Positions 27,968-43,004 of a stretch of DNA of 64,000 bases are shown piece after piece; the stretch's first letter is position 1, and the number at the start of each line of letters is the position of its first letter. Origin of the DNA: Eledone cirrhosa (lineage: Eukaryota); NCBI GenBank assembly GCA_964016885.1, contig OZ024742.1, positions 72,044,001 through 72,108,000 on the forward strand. The letters run 5' to 3'. Both the position numbers and the translations under genes were made by a program. The notes under the pieces were generated by a model. It saw only the letters and a list, made by a program, of their open reading frames with translations. It was not told where the DNA came from and made no database searches.

Positions 27968-28661
27968 GATACACATATATATGTGTGTGCGTGTATGTAT
28001 GTTTGTGTCTAACGATGTTTACGTTTATTTAGCTGTTCAATAAATAGTGATGAATAAAATAAATACCTGACTTGAAAAGTACTGGGATCGATAAAATCAA
28101 CTTAATCTCTTTTAGAATAGGTACACTGTATCTCTGCCAGTTGCAAGATGTGACTAAAAGAGTTGGCACAAGGAGGGGCATCTAGCCATAAAACATTGTC
28201 TCAAAAGGACTTCACGATGAGTAAAATAACATGGATAGAGTCAGCCTAAATACTCCGCGAGATGCCACTGTATCTCGTTAAAACTCAAAGTGAGGAACAC
28301 GGTAGAAGCAATGTTCGTTTACGATATCCAAGTGTATGGTGTTCTTTGTAGAGACTGGCATATGATGTTTGGGGCAGAGAAATCGGGAGAAGTGATGAAG
28401 GCACTGAACAGAAGAAACGTGTATCGGGAATTCAAAGGACCAATCTTGTTGCTCACTGTATCACGTTGACTCTCCGAGAACTACATTAAGTACACATGAA
28501 TCTGTGGAATATTGTGTGCCGGAAACATGGTGGAAGAGGTGCGAGAATGGTGAAGGGAAGTAAATAACCGAAGTACAAGCTTGTTGTTCGAAAGTGAACA
28601 CGTTAGCCACTTAGCCATGCCAGTTCACCAAATGCATGATATAGAATAAATAAAGATATAC

Positions 28662-28815
28662 CATTTTTATGAGGCATGTAAAAGAGCCTACAGTTGCATT
28701 TTTCATTCAATATATTCGTAAAACAGTCGATCTCACAACTTTCAGGGTTGTATCTTGGAAAATATTTTAAATTTCGTGTGTTGCAAGGTCCTCTTGGCTC
28801 AGGAAGATTGTTTAA
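28662..28815 (-). CDS. DEG/ENaC exon: cysteine-rich thumb
   Basis: atccag|...|gtatat. Translates LNNLPEPRGPCNTRNLKYFPRYNPESCEIDCFTNILNEKCNCRLFYMPHKNG, matching the thumb Cys pattern. 154 nt, phase 0-1. Confidence 0.95.
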
Positions 28816-29766
28816 CTGGATAAGAGGAGAAAAACATTAAAAGAGAAAAGAAGAAAATATCGTCAAGTAAATGGGTGAATTAGTAAAGACCATGCTTCGC
28901 TGATGAGATTAAATAAAGTCAAAATAAGATCTTCATATTTGCTAAAGAACAGTGCTATTTAACACTGCATTTCTCACATTTAATATTTAATTAATTTTAG
29001 TTAATTTGAGTCCCAAGGTTGAGTTCCCTACTTTTCTTGACCAGAATTAGTAATATATCTAAACGTATTTTCTACACACTACGGGTATATAGGATTTTAC
29101 TCACTACATTGAATATATTACCACCAGTTTAACTTCTGAGGTTCGATATTTTTAAGGGCATGTGCTGAAAGACCATGTTCAGATCAAGTACTTTTAAAAA
29201 CCAGTATTTAAAGTTCTTGATGAGGCCCAATACTTTTGAGAGTCAGTGTTTAAAGGGTCATATTGAAGTCCAATGCTTTAAAGGGTTAGTTTCAAAAGGT
29301 GAAGTTGATGAAATATAAATTACCATCGCCTGGGTACTTATCTGGATAAATCCTTTTGGAGGTATCCCATAAGGCAACAGGAAGACACACAGACACACGG
29401 GTATGATTGTGATTAAGTCCATATACTTACATAACGACTGTTATAGGGTCTTACAGAAAAGGGTGTCTTGTCTTCTATTATAATTCCCTTTGCATCTAGA
29501 ATGTATTCTAGAAATGTAAATCCACCCCCAATAGTTCCTGATAAGAAGAATGATAGGCAAAGTTGATCTGAATGGGATTTTAACTCGTAGCATAAGGGGC
29601 CATAACTAAATACAGCAACGCATCTTGTCTGATTCTCTAATGATTCTGCCTGTTCACTTTCGTGAGAGTTACAAAAGAAAAGCCAGTATTCTAATAAAAT
29701 AAAATTATATTGAATTAAATTATAAAATACAAACCGAAACCACAAGAGTTAAAATCTTTGACTTAC

Positions 29767-29948
29767 AGAAACTACTTTTAAGCCAACAAATGCGTGCACT
29801 CCTGTTGGGGTTGCCAAGCCGAGTTCATGAACTTTAGGAAACTCATCATCGTTGTGCATCAACATTTTTATACCTGCAGCATTATTAGGCCCTGGCATGT
29901 ATTCATATTGTTCAATGTTTAAGATTAAACGTAATCCATTTTCAGCTC
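29767..29948 (-). CDS. DEG/ENaC exon: palm/beta-ball (GxxNGLxLxLNIEQxEY...GIK)
   Basis: ctgtag|...|gtaagt. Translates GAENGLRLILNIEQYEYMPGPNNAAGIKMLMHNDDEFPKVHELGLATPTGVHAFVGLKVVS. 182 nt, phase 1-0. Confidence 0.96.
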
Positions 29949-30155
29949 CTACAGAAAAAAATTTAAAGACAAAAAGAACTACAATTAAAAATATAAACGA
30001 ACATACAGAAAATTCCGCTAGAAGCATACATTCGTGTCCAGTAAAACATGAAAAAAAGTATGTTAAATCCAATGTATGTACTTTCATATACTTACTACGC
30101 GTAATTTTGATTAAACTATTTTTCTATAGCAACTAGTTTTTTTTGCGTTCATCAT

Positions 30156-30225
<70 letters not shown>

Positions 30226-30226
30226 G

Positions 30227-30259
<33 letters not shown>

Positions 30260-30419
30260 TAAATAAGTAAAAATGTATTTTATTATACAAAGCATATAAA
30301 CAAATTTACAGTAGAATAACATAACAAATATGTTTTAAATATATCCATAAATAACACTACAAATGCTTAAATAACATTATAAATTGCTCGCGATTCTTTC
30401 AGAAGGATATATTCTTTTA

Positions 30420-30676
30420 ATGTTGCAATATTAAAGAAAATGTAAGGGAAGGGGTGGACAACCGAGCCACCACCAGAGAAAAAGACAGCAACGTCGCGAG
30501 GCAAGCCAGCTCACTCGCAGCGTTGCTTCGGGTGATGGCGAGGCTAATGCGCTGGAACAACCAAGCGCCCTCGCGAGATTCGCCAGTTACCTCTATTAGG
30601 CGAGCCACCAGTGAAGAGAGGAACCTCGCAGTCAGCAGCCCGACTCCCCCAAACGTCTCGAAAGCCAGAGGTTGAA
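30420..30676 (-). mobile_element. C-terminal fragment of an RLE-type (CRE-like) non-LTR retrotransposon
   Basis: FQPLAFETFGG...RFL...TGESREGAWLFQRISLAITRSNAAS. Confidence 0.75.
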
Positions 30677-30681
30677 AAATG

Positions 30682-30803
<122 letters not shown>

Positions 30804-31068
30804 CGCGCGCGTGTATGCGCGTGCATATGCGTGTGCGTGTGTAGTGCTTACAGATACATCCACTAGTATAGGACGTAGTAATGAAAAAGTTACACCCAGA
30901 GCAGTATATTGGTTTCCACACTAAGCCGTTTATCCACTGTTTAACATATAGTATCCATCCTGGCATGCAGATTCATATTTACAGCATGCAAAGTTTTCTA
31001 AATTCATTGAGTAAGTGGATGGCGGCTGGGCTAAACGTAATTTAAAAGTATAGCTCATTATACTTAAT

Positions 31069-31111
<43 letters not shown>

Positions 31112-31115
31112 GCAC

Positions 31116-31153
<38 letters not shown>

Positions 31154-33525
31154 ACATACATACACACATACATACATACATACATACATACATACATACA
31201 TACATACATACATACATACACACATACATACATACATACATACATACATACATACATACATGCATGCATGCTCAGTCAACGCGATCAGTCGCATATTTTG
31301 GCGTGGGAGACTATTAAATTTAAGATGAATACTATCTCCGACAGTAATACCACAACTACAGTCATGTTAAATAACTGGTTATTCTTCTAACTAAATCTTC
31401 TGAAGACACTTTTTATTCGAATTCGTAGAGATACCCGACTAAATACATAATTCATTTTACAAGAATTTGCTACAAATAGCATGGCTGAACACAACATCAA
31501 CAACAAAATTAAGGAAGTATCGAAGACAAACAACGAGAAAGGTAAACAAACTTTATTCAGTTGTAGCTAGAGAAGAAATCGAAATTATAAATCGCATTTC
31601 TCTTGGAGTTGCGAACTTAATGATGATTTATTTAATTGTTATAAAATGGCAAAAAACAATCCCTCCATTGGCTATATGAACAGAATGAAGCTACACTGGG
31701 ACGAAATACACCCAGAGCTAAATTATTTCACAGCGAAACAAAAAATTACGCCAACAAGCGACGTTTGTTGAGCGTAAAAATAAGATAAATATTATTAATT
31801 GTAAGTCCCCCACAACAAACATGGGATCAACAACACGTGCTACAGGTCTCCATGCTACTAGACTTCCTAGCAGCCAGGCCGAACAATGCCTTGAAACAAC
31901 TATGCCTGTAAGAACTATCGAAGAAATAATAATAATAATAATAATCGAAGAAATTTGACACCACGTGTACCATCCAAGTCTACCTCGACTGTTGTGGAAA
32001 ATACTATCGATAATGATAATAATCAAAAGTATAAACAATTGAAAATTTCCCTCAACGAAATCTTCCAGAGAGAAATTAATTCATGTATAAATATCTCTCT
32101 TGCTGAACGTATTAAAACGTCAATATTTTATAAAAAAAACTAAATAATCAAATATTACGTGTTATTGACGAAATAGGGGATGAATATTTACGACGGATAA
32201 AAACCCCAACATTTTGGCAAATCAACGCCTGTTTATATGCCTTAGCAACGACAGTGAAGCATTATCTTGGTGATAGCAGAGATATTAATAAGAACAAAAC
32301 ACCACCAAAAATACCATCATCTACTTATATATATAACCAGCAATTTCTCTGTCTGTCTGTCCGACAGTGGAAACACGCGCGTAGAGAGAGAGTGAGAGTG
32401 AAAGAAAGAGACAGACTACGAGAGGGGGATAGCGGGAGGGAGAGAGAGAGCGAATAGACGCTAAAACACGTGCTACAGAAATATTACCTTCCCCTTCCTT
32501 TATAGAAACATTACCTTCCCCTCTCCACTGACTTTGGTCACTGAGGCCGAGGGAATTGCTGGTTGCTATAGAGACACCTTGCACAAGCCAGAAGTAACCA
32601 GTTAGAGGCGGTTCTGACTTGACACCAGGCGAAGAAGGTTGCCATTGAATTTGTGGTTTGAAGAAGGTTGCCATTGAATTTGTGGTTGTTGCTGCTGATA
32701 ATAAGGACCATTTGAAGAAGGTTGCTGCTGATGAGGTAATTTATTAATCAGATTGCGCAGTTCCATAACCTACGTTTGTTTTTTTCAATTTTTTTTGTTG
32801 TTTTGTTTTATTTCTTATTGAAAAAATATAAATAATAAAATAAGGTTAGAAATTTAAATACAATTAAATACGATTTAATTTCCATATCCAGCAGCCAATG
32901 TCCAGTGTTCAATTTCATGAAAAAATTGGAAATAATACAAAACTTTTGAACATTTGTTTTGACAATAAAAAAATATTTCCTTATTCACACCTAATGGTAT
33001 GATTAAAATTTCATAGGAATATTTTTTTCTAACCGCCAGTTATTTATTTTCTCCTTTTTCGTTTTAACATATATTTATTTCAAAGATTTCACCGTATAGA
33101 TAACATATATATTTATACATGCATAAAAGACACACCGAGAGACGGTGAACATGTGGTGCCGAAAACATTTATCATCCAAATCTCAACAATATCAGTATAT
33201 ACACTAGATTTGCTAGCAGAAAACCACCCACCGGGTGGTTTTCTGCTAGTCTCCTTATAATATATAACCAGCAATTTCTGTCTGTCTGTCCGACAGTGGA
33301 AACACGTGCGCGCGTGGTTGCTATCTCTCTCCAGCTATCCCTCTCTTTTAGTCTGTCTGTTTCTCTCACTCTCACTCTTTCTCTTTGTAACACACTAACA
33401 TTCCTCCCCTCTATCGCTGTGACGAATGGGGAGATGGAGGAGGAGGAGGAGGAGAGAGTCACTTCGTCACCTCACCTCTGCCTTTCTTTCTCTCCCCTCT
33501 CACTCCCTCATTACGTACAGACATT

Positions 33526-33720
33526 AGGGCGGTGGATTGGCAGAATCTGTAGAGAATCGGACACCATGCTTCATAGCATGGAGTTACGTCCCTTTACGGT
33601 CTGAGTTCAAATACCGCCGAGGTTAACTTTGCCTTTCATCCTCACGGGGTCGATAAAATAAAGTACCAGTAATGTACTGCGTAATTGCTGGCCTTGTGCC
33701 AAAAGTAGAAACAATTATTA
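33526..33720 (+). mobile_element. tRNA-derived SINE (same family)
   Basis: Same A/B boxes and core as 10021-10200. Confidence 0.8.
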
Positions 33721-33837
33721 GAAACATTGCATCATTTTTACATATCTAAGCATTAGTAAAATAACTAATTATTTCAAAAGTAATTTTTCAATTCCAATTG
33801 TTATGAACAGCAAAACATTAATAATAATTTTGTTCTA

Positions 33838-34005
33838 AGAAATATATATATATTTCTGTGTGTGTAATATATATATACACACAGAAATATATATACATTT
33901 CTGTGTGTGTAATATATATATATACACACAGAAATATATATACATTTCTGTGTGTGTAATATATATATATATACACACAGAAATATATATACATTTCTGT
34001 GTGTG

Positions 34006-34072
<67 letters not shown>

Positions 34073-34098
34073 GAAATATATATACATTTCTGTGTGTG

Positions 34099-34140
<42 letters not shown>

Positions 34141-34168
34141 ACACACAGAAATATATGGGCATTTCTCT
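33838..34168. repeat. Minisatellite of self-complementary units CACACAGAAAT-ATATATAC-ATTTCTGTGTG separated by (AT)n
   Basis: About 5-6 units read directly from the sequence. Confidence 0.85.
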
Positions 34169-35218
34169 GTTTGTCTGTCTGTCCTTCCCTAAAACTCAAA
34201 TGTAGGTGCTACAGAGATATTACCTTCCCCTTCCTTTCTCCACTTTGGTACTACCAAGAGAAACACTGTCGCTATAGAAACATTACCTTCCCCTCTCCAC
34301 TGACTTTGGTCACTGAGGCCGAGGGAATCGCTGGTTGCTATAGAGACACCTTGCACAAGCCAGAAGTAACCAGTTCGAGGTGGTTCTGACTTGACACCAT
34401 GCCAAGGATCATTTGAAGATATATTTCCATCGTTATATCATAACGTTTATGTATCATAACGTTTATATTTCCGTCACTAATCTCTTTTTCTCCTTTTTCG
34501 TTTTAACATATATTTATTTCAAAGATTTCACCGCATAGATAACATACATATTCATACATGCATAAAAGACACACCGAGAGACGGTGAACATGTGGTGCCG
34601 AAAACATTTCTCATCCAAATCTCAACAATATCAGTATATACACTAGATTTGCTAGCAGAAAACCGCCCACCGGGTGGTTTTCTGCTAGTCTATATTACTA
34701 AAACAGAGAATGTCTGTTTGTCTGTCTGTCTGTCCAATCACTAAAACTCGAGAACCACCCAACCGAGTTTTTTCAAACTTTACACATGTAATACTTATGG
34801 TCCCGTGAGTGTTTTGAGCAAAAATAGTTCAAATTTTCAATGCCCTAGGGACCGCATTAGGCGATTTAGCGATCTCTCTCTATAATTCTTAGTCTTTCTC
34901 TTTTTAGATTGATACATAGATATGACGTCGCGCCCTTATAATATCTGTCTGTATGCCTGACTGTCTGCATTACGTCATTATGACGCGATCAGTGTGTGTG
35001 TGTATATATGTTTATATAGTGTGTGTGTAAATATATATATTCTTATGCCAGGGAACGTCTTCATGAACCAAAGTATCGTCTTCCTGTTTTCCTTCGGTTG
35101 CAACGTTTTTAGAAATATTTACATCTGCGTTCACAGATTGATTTTTTTAATTTTAGTTTCAGAAGATCCCGTTAAGGGTGAAAGCAGCGATTCTTTTGCT
35201 TAAACTTTAATCTGTTAC

Positions 35219-35358
<140 letters not shown>

Positions 35359-35423
35359 CGTAAGATAAGAAAATTATAAAATTATAAAAAAATTTATAAA
35401 ATTGACTTACTTACTAAAATATC

Positions 35424-35505
35424 ACTTCCAACTAATTAGTTTCTGGAATGGAGTAAATATATTTTCCGAAGAACATATGGAAAAGCATTCCGTCGTCAGG
35501 AAAGT
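35424..35505 (-). ncRNA. Hammerhead ribozyme (array copy, sense to host gene)
   Basis: Reverse complement of 36585-36666. Confidence 0.75.
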
Positions 35506-35964
35506 CTATTTTCATGTAAGTTTCCAGGCATAGCGAGGACTCTGGAAACTTATTAAAAAATAATTCAGTGGAAAGGAAATAGCGAAGCGTGGACTGAAAT
35601 ATAGCCATTGAGAAAATCACTGCCTCTACGTCTGTGGCAAATTCAAAAAGAATCAATCACGTGACATCGAGGTCAATCAGTGGAAAGCGAGTTGTTAATA
35701 AGACAGCGGCCTGCCTACTACTATAGCAGCAGTCATGGCCAATATTGCTCGACAAATGAATTGGAGATAATTATAAAGAATATATATCTAGTAACATTTA
35801 TATACAGACAGATGCATATCAATGCTAGCAAATATATAGGTTTTGTCTTAGTAACATTGTGGTTCAATGCATGGGGTTGCAGAACAATAATATGAGAGAC
35901 GTAAGATAAGAAAATTATAAAATTATAAAAAAATTTATAAAATTGACTTACTTACTAAAATATC

Positions 35965-36046
35965 ACTTCCAACTAATTAGTTTCTGGAATGGAGTAAATA
36001 TATTTTCCGAAGAACATATGGAAAAGCATTCCGTCGTCAGGAAAGT
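35965..36046 (-). ncRNA. Hammerhead ribozyme (array copy, sense to host gene)
   Basis: Same sequence as 35424-35505, offset by 541 nt. Confidence 0.75.
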
Positions 36047-36584
36047 CTATTGACGACTGAATGCTTTTCTATATGTTCTTCGGAAAATATATTTACTCCA
36101 TTCCAGAAACTAATTAGTTGGAAGTGATATTTTAGTAAGTAAGTCAATTTTATAAATTTTTTTATAATTTTATAATTTTCTTATCTTACGTCTCTCATAT
36201 TATTGTTCTGCAACCCATGCATTGAACCACAATGTTACTAAGACAAAACCTATATATTTGCTAGCATTGATATGCATCTGTATGTATATAAATGTTACTA
36301 GATATAAATTCTTTATAATTATCTCCAATTCATTTGTCGAGCAATATTGGCCATGACTGCTGCTATAGTAGTAGGCAGGCCGCTGTCTTATTAACAACTC
36401 GCTTTCCACTGATTGACCTCGATGTCACGTGATTGATTCTTTTTGAATTTGCCATAGACGTAGAGGCAGTGATTTTCTCAATGGCTAGGATTTCAGTCCA
36501 CGCTTCGCTACTTCCTTTCCACTGAATTATTTTTTAATAAGTTTCCAGAGTCCTCGCTATGCCTGGAAACTTACATGAAAATAG

Positions 36585-36666
36585 ACTTTCCTGACGACGG
36601 AATGCTTTTCCATATGTTCTTCGGAAAATATATTTACTCCATTCCAGAAACTAATTAGTTGGAAGT
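36585..36666 (+). ncRNA. Hammerhead ribozyme with extended stem II and cUUCGg loop
   Basis: actttc-CTGACGA-c ggaatg...atatgttc TTCG gaaaatat...cattcc a-GAAA-ctaattaGTT-ggaagt. Palindromic stem III ACTAATTAGT. Confidence 0.78.
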
Positions 36667-36851
36667 GATATTTTAGTAAGTAAGTCAATTTTATAAATTT
36701 TTTTATAATTTTATAATTTTCTTATCTTACGTCTCTCATATTATTGTTCTGCAACCCATGCATTGAACCACAATGTTACTAAGACAAAACCTATATATTT
36801 GCTAGCATTGATATGCATCTGTATGTATATAAATGTTACTAGATATAAATT

Positions 36852-36894
<43 letters not shown>

Positions 36895-37159
36895 TATATT
36901 CGTGTACAGATATTTGTGCATACACAATAACAAAATATAAACAAAAGTATTTATTTCGCGATAAAGTATTGATTTTCTTCGCACGAAAAAATACCCCTGG
37001 TAATCTATGACGAATTTTTCTTATAAGTACAAAATGTAGACACCATCCCGAGGCCGAGGTATTCCCTACTTCTCTGTACTGTTTTATATATATATATATA
37101 TTAAAGGAACGATCGACTTTCTTCAAATCGGACCGAGGGAACAATGTTTCCGTTGGTCT

Positions 37160-37322
37160 TTCCAATTGCTAATACTATCTATCGGTCGCAACTCCAGATA
37201 GAAGGAGCAACGTGAAATAAAGTGTCTTGCTCAAGGACATAACGCATCGCCTGGTCCAGGAATCGAACTCACAACCTTACGATTGCGAATCCAATTCTCT
37301 AACCACTCAGCCACACGCCTTC
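37160..37322 (-). mobile_element. Second tRNA-derived SINE family (CORE-like segment)
   Basis: Minus strand reads aggcgtgtggctgagtggttaga...gagttcgattcctgg...gtccttgagcaagacacttta. A related tRNA head lies at ~42921-42982 (+). Confidence 0.7.
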
Positions 37323-40300
37323 ACTTGTATATATATATAATTATATATTCGTGTACAGATATTTTTGCATACACAATAACAAAATATAAACAAACGTATT
37401 TATTTCACGAGGCTCGATAAGGATAAATATATATCAAATATATAAGAACCCTAGAGCAAATCCCGAGCAACGCCGGGCCATTCTGCTAGTATATAACTAA
37501 AATAGAAAAAAAGATTGCTGACCTACGAAAAACCATAGGATATGTGACAATGCTCCTTACATGCAAACAAACACAAAAAACCTCACTCCTCACCAACAAA
37601 GAGTGAAAAATAAAATGAAGATGATGTTTGGTAACAGTAGAACCAGAACTCTTCAATATAAGCTGATCACCCTCAAACAAGAATTGAGAGCTGTTAGCGA
37701 AAAACGCCGATACTTGAAGGAGGTAGATGAGAGAAAAGTGCTTAATAAAAGATTCAGACGAAACCAAACATCAGTCTATAGAGATATGAAGAACAAAATA
37801 ATAAGTGTCACTGAGGCCCCATCCCAGAAAGACATAGATTCCTTTTGGAGAAAAATTTGGGGTGAAAAGAAGAATTTCAACCAAGATGCAGTGTGGCTAA
37901 AAGAAATCTGAAAGAACTATTGCTCCTACACTACAACAAAAACATACGAAATAAGTGAGGGTACCCTTGAGACTGTGATAGGAAAACTCCAAGATAAGAA
38001 AACACCAGGAAGAGACATGATTGTAGGCTACTGGTACAAAAAACTGATATTCTATCGGAGGTATCTTACTGATCTCTACCAACAAGTTCTTAAGGGAGAT
38101 ACACTTATACCAGAATGGTTGACATTAGCACAAACATTACTGGTCCCCAAGAACAAAGACACCCACTTGGCAAAAAACTACCGACCCATTGCATGCCAGA
38201 ACCTGATGTATAAGATGTATACCGCCTGCCCGAACCTATTCCTCCAAGATCACTGTGAAAATAATAACATCATCACAGATGAACAAGCAGCTGGAAAGAA
38301 AGGGGATTGGGGATGTGCTGAACAACTCCTAATCAACAAAACTGCGATGTCGGAGGTGCGACAACTTAAGAGAAATATGGCTACAGTCTGGCTGGTCTAC
38401 AGGAATGCTTTCGATTCTGTTCCCCACTCTTGGATGATAGAGGCCCTCCAACTTGCTAAAGTCCCAGACATTATTATCAGAGCCATAGAGAAGCTGTCTT
38501 ATTCTTGGGCTACTATCCTAAGGTTAAAGACAGAGAGGGCGGACTCTATTTTCACTGATAAAATAAAATATCGCAGGGGTATATTTCAGGGAGACAGTCT
38601 CTCTGTGATATTATTCATCTTGTCATAAAACCCCTTGTCCTTTCTGCTCAAGAAATGTGAAGGATACATCATTGGCTCACAGGAGGACAGAAATACGAAC
38701 CTAACGCATAATTTCTTTGTGGATAATCTGAAACTCTATGCCAAGAACATGGATGGGATGAAGAAAAATCTTGACCTGGTTACAACGTTCTCAAAGGATA
38801 TAGGAATGGAGGTTGGTCAAGATAAATGCTCATATATGACTGTAAAGTGGGGAAAAACAACAACCCAATCTAACAACATTGTCATCAATGGCCTAACTGT
38901 TTCACCGATATCTGATGAGGACTGCTACAGATACCTGGGGATAGATGAGAACATATCCTATAATGGTATCTGAAATAAGGAACGCGTAACCAAGGAATAC
39001 TACAGCCGATTAAGAAAGATTTGGTCATCGGAACTCTCTGCGCAAAACAAAACAGTGGCTCACAATGTGTTTGCTGTGCCTGTCCTAACACCAACGTTTG
39101 GAATACTCAATTGGACGATAGAAGAAATCCGAACAGTTGATGTTGGAACTCAAAAAAATACTAAACAACACCGGAAACTTCCACATCAACAGGGACATAG
39201 ACCGCCTTTACTTGAAACGTAAGCAGGGAGGCAACGGCCTAACATCAGTCCAGACAGCATTTGAATGTCGCATCATATCCCTCCGACAACATCTACGAAC
39301 CTCGAAGCGTAGGAGCCCATCTCTCGAGCAAGTCTATCTGCATGAAACAGATAAGATCATGAGAGTTGGGAAGGAACTCCTCGAGAGATATTCCATGTGT
39401 GATAATCAAAATCTCACACCCAGGGAAGTCACTCAGCAGTATCGCAGTGAATCCATGGATGAAAACTGCATGCTTATCAGCAAAAAATCATGCATGGATA
39501 TGTTGCCAGAAAGCTCCAGAGCGAGAGTAATATAGATAAGGAAAGTAGTCTATCTTGGACCAACAATCGCTATATTGGCTCCCACTTTGAAGGATATACA
39601 TTTGCAATCCAAGAACAGGAAATTAACACGAAATACCTGATTCACAAAAGAGATAGGGATGCAGGCAAAGCACCTAGATGTGATAACAAGTGCAGACTCT
39701 GCAGAACTAACATCGAAGATATCACCCATGTCACAAGCAGCTGTCCAAAGATGTCATCGCGATACTATCTGCCTATAAGGCATGATGTAGTGGCCAAAAC
39801 ACTGTACAATGCAATCCGTAAAAAAGATAGCCCCAATAATAAACACATTAAAAGCTACAGCAATGTGGAAGACATCCATGTACATAATATGAAAGAGTAC
39901 TGGTGGAATGTTCCAGTAAAAACCCCAATAAAATGCAAGCATAACAGATCGGATATTAGGATATGGGACAGGGAGAAGAAAGCATGCACAGTAGTGGAAA
40001 TTAGCTGCCCAGTAGATGCCAATATAATATCAAAGATTAGCGAAAAGGAGAATATTTATGCAGAACTGATGAGAAATCTGCATATACTTCACCCTGATTA
40101 CACCTTCAGATTTATGCCTGTGATTAGTGGGGCACTGGGATATGTTAGTAACTGCCTCAATACAAATCTTGAGAAGCTAGGCTTCACAGGAACAGAAAGA
40201 ACACAACTAGTTAGGAAATTACAAGTACAATCCATTAATGGAACAGTAAAAATATGTAAAACATTCCAACAATTTTGCATCTAATAACTGCATATACACA

Positions 40301-40540
40301 TGTACAGATACAAAGCATATACACATGCACACATACAACTCAAAACATACACATCCACACATACAATAACATCCATATCTACACATGCATGCATGCAGAC
40401 ATAGATACATATCTACCTAGTTGATTTTGTGTAAATTCCAATGAGAGAGTCTTGTGTTTATGTTAGAAACCGACTCTCTCTCTATTGGGAAAACATTTGT
40501 GAAATTATAAAACCAGAAGAACATACATACAGATATACAT

Positions 40541-41135
40541 GGTGGCTGCTAACTCGTTTTCGAGTACGGCCACTACTTTATATCCATGTAGGAGAACCCT
40601 TACCGATGCGCTGAACGAGTGTGACTTTTTAGTCTAGCCAGCGACTTGAAAACTCTGGTACAAACACTACACTTGTGACAATTATTGACACATAGTGCTG
40701 GGCCCATGGTACCACGTGACGACAAGTGCAGAGAGATCTCCAGATATAAAGCAATGCCTGTGCCATGAAGCTTTTATAGTGAGCAAAGGCACTGCACAAA
40801 GCCAGTCCCACTCTCTTAACCAAGATGATATTTACCAAAAAGAAGAACAAGTCAACATCATTGGATACCATCAGGGTTGCAGGTGTTATATCAGAGTTTT
40901 CCTTCTCCTAGAATTCTGCCTTTACAAAGGCTAAGGGGTCATCTATCCCGGTGATTTTGGATGGCCATTGACTCTTAAGAGCTCCTTTGCCCTTTGACAG
41001 GTTTTGTTTTTAGTCCTGCAGGATGTCCAAAGTCACCCTCCTCACCAAGAAACCTTGGTGGGGTTGCCAGTTTAGTCGCCAACGACCCGACCATGGGACA
41101 GAGTGTACTGGGATACATGTTACCAGTAGCACCAA
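40541..41135 (-). mobile_element. Near full-length copy of the same C2H2/(ATGT)n repeat family
   Basis: Reverse-complement match to 54124-54705. Confidence 0.85.
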
Positions 41136-41171
41136 TACATACATACATACATACATACATACATACATACA

Positions 41172-41207
<36 letters not shown>

Positions 41208-42772
41208 CGTTCATACACGCGTATACACGTAAACCCACATACACAGCCATCATATGTCTTTACCTATTTACATATGTGCATGTGTATACACAAATTCACA
41301 TTTCTATGTTCATCGTTATGCTTGTCTGTGCACACCTTTAAATCTATTCCAGTGACGTAATATTTCTGTCTTCAATCACTAGGTCGTAAGTCGTTACTAC
41401 TACATTCATGCTTGCTATTGAGAGTGCGTCTAGTTCCTGCTATATGGCTGGCTTTCTTAATCACTAAGCATTACGTCGACTCTTGATGATTTCTAGTGAG
41501 CCACTATGTTCTAGTTATGCATGTTGGCAGTGCAATGACGAGGTTTTCTTGTCTTTGAATTCTCACCAGTGTTGCTTTACCTATTCTCCTACATACACTG
41601 TGGACATGTTCCTACATTGTTCATTTATGTATACCACATTTCTAGTGTTACACTTTACCAGCGTGCTTACCTTATAGACTATCAGTACAGAGGGTTTTCT
41701 TCAATGGGTAAGTTTTGCTAATAATGGAGATTTTTCTAGTACTTTATTTAAAAAATTTAGTTTATCTGAAGCCCTTCTAAATCTATTGGCTGGTTCGCCC
41801 CATGGAGTGGAATCTACGAACATTATACTCTGGTATTTTATGTTGTCATACTATGAATTGACTTTATCCACTTTCTTTCTTATCCTCTCTATTGTGTTCC
41901 ATGACTTTCCCCCAAACATGGAGCACACAGTTATCGCATCCTTTTAGAAGATAGTTTAGAATTTTGCCTTGGTTACTTTATATACTCCGATCCTGTCCAT
42001 TTAATTGTATCGGGAGAACTGCGTGCAGCTGATAAAATGTTGTGCGTGTATTTCTAGCTCTTTAGGGTTGCATATCCAGGACATGTTTTTATCATACTGT
42101 CAGGTCAGCCTTCACCACGTTGTCCCATATTTTCCTAGATCTTCCTCTTCTACAGGTTCCCTCGACTTTGAGTGCATTGCACTTTTTTATGCAGCTTTCA
42201 TCCTTCATACGCAGAACATAGCCATACCAATGCAGTCTTATTTTTTGTACATTGCATTTGATTCCTCTTATGCCCAGTTTTTCTCATAGCCCATTAATGC
42301 TTTGTTGTTCATGCACTCTACTATTACACATCTACTTAAATAAAAAAAAAACTGGCATCAAATTAAAGCACATTAAAACATGATCTGCTGTAAAAGTCAG
42401 CTGCCCACTTGGTGTCAATAGGGTAAGAAAAAAGCAAGAGATGGAGGATATTTAGGGACCATTGATGAGGAATTTGCAGATCCAGTATCTAAGATACACA
42501 TTTAGCTACATACCCGTAATTATTGGAGTTACAGGTTATATACTAACCCATATGGACCAAAGTATATGAGATTGGATTTGTGGAGAAAGAATGTTGCTCT
42601 TTAATTCATAAGCTACAAATATTCGCAATATCTGGAACTTTCAAAATCTGTAAAACATTCTTACGATTAAAAAGATCAACGCTTACACAAGTAAGGACGA
42701 CAATTTACTTTCTTTACACCCTTACCAATGGGAAGGTTGCCGGTCAAAAATAAACTCAAAATCAAGAGAAAG

Positions 42773-42910
<138 letters not shown>

Positions 42911-43004
42911 ATGTGAACTTAGGCATAGCCATGTGGTTAAGAAATTCGCTTCGTAATCATAAGGTTACGGATTCGATCGTCCACACCAAATTTTCGTTAC
43001 ATAC

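Noticed and set aside
30860-30966. Candidate beta-ball exon (WILYVKQW...CSGCNF)
   Set aside because: It lacks the TxxGxCYT motif, and exon 43005-43129 fills that position with correct phases.
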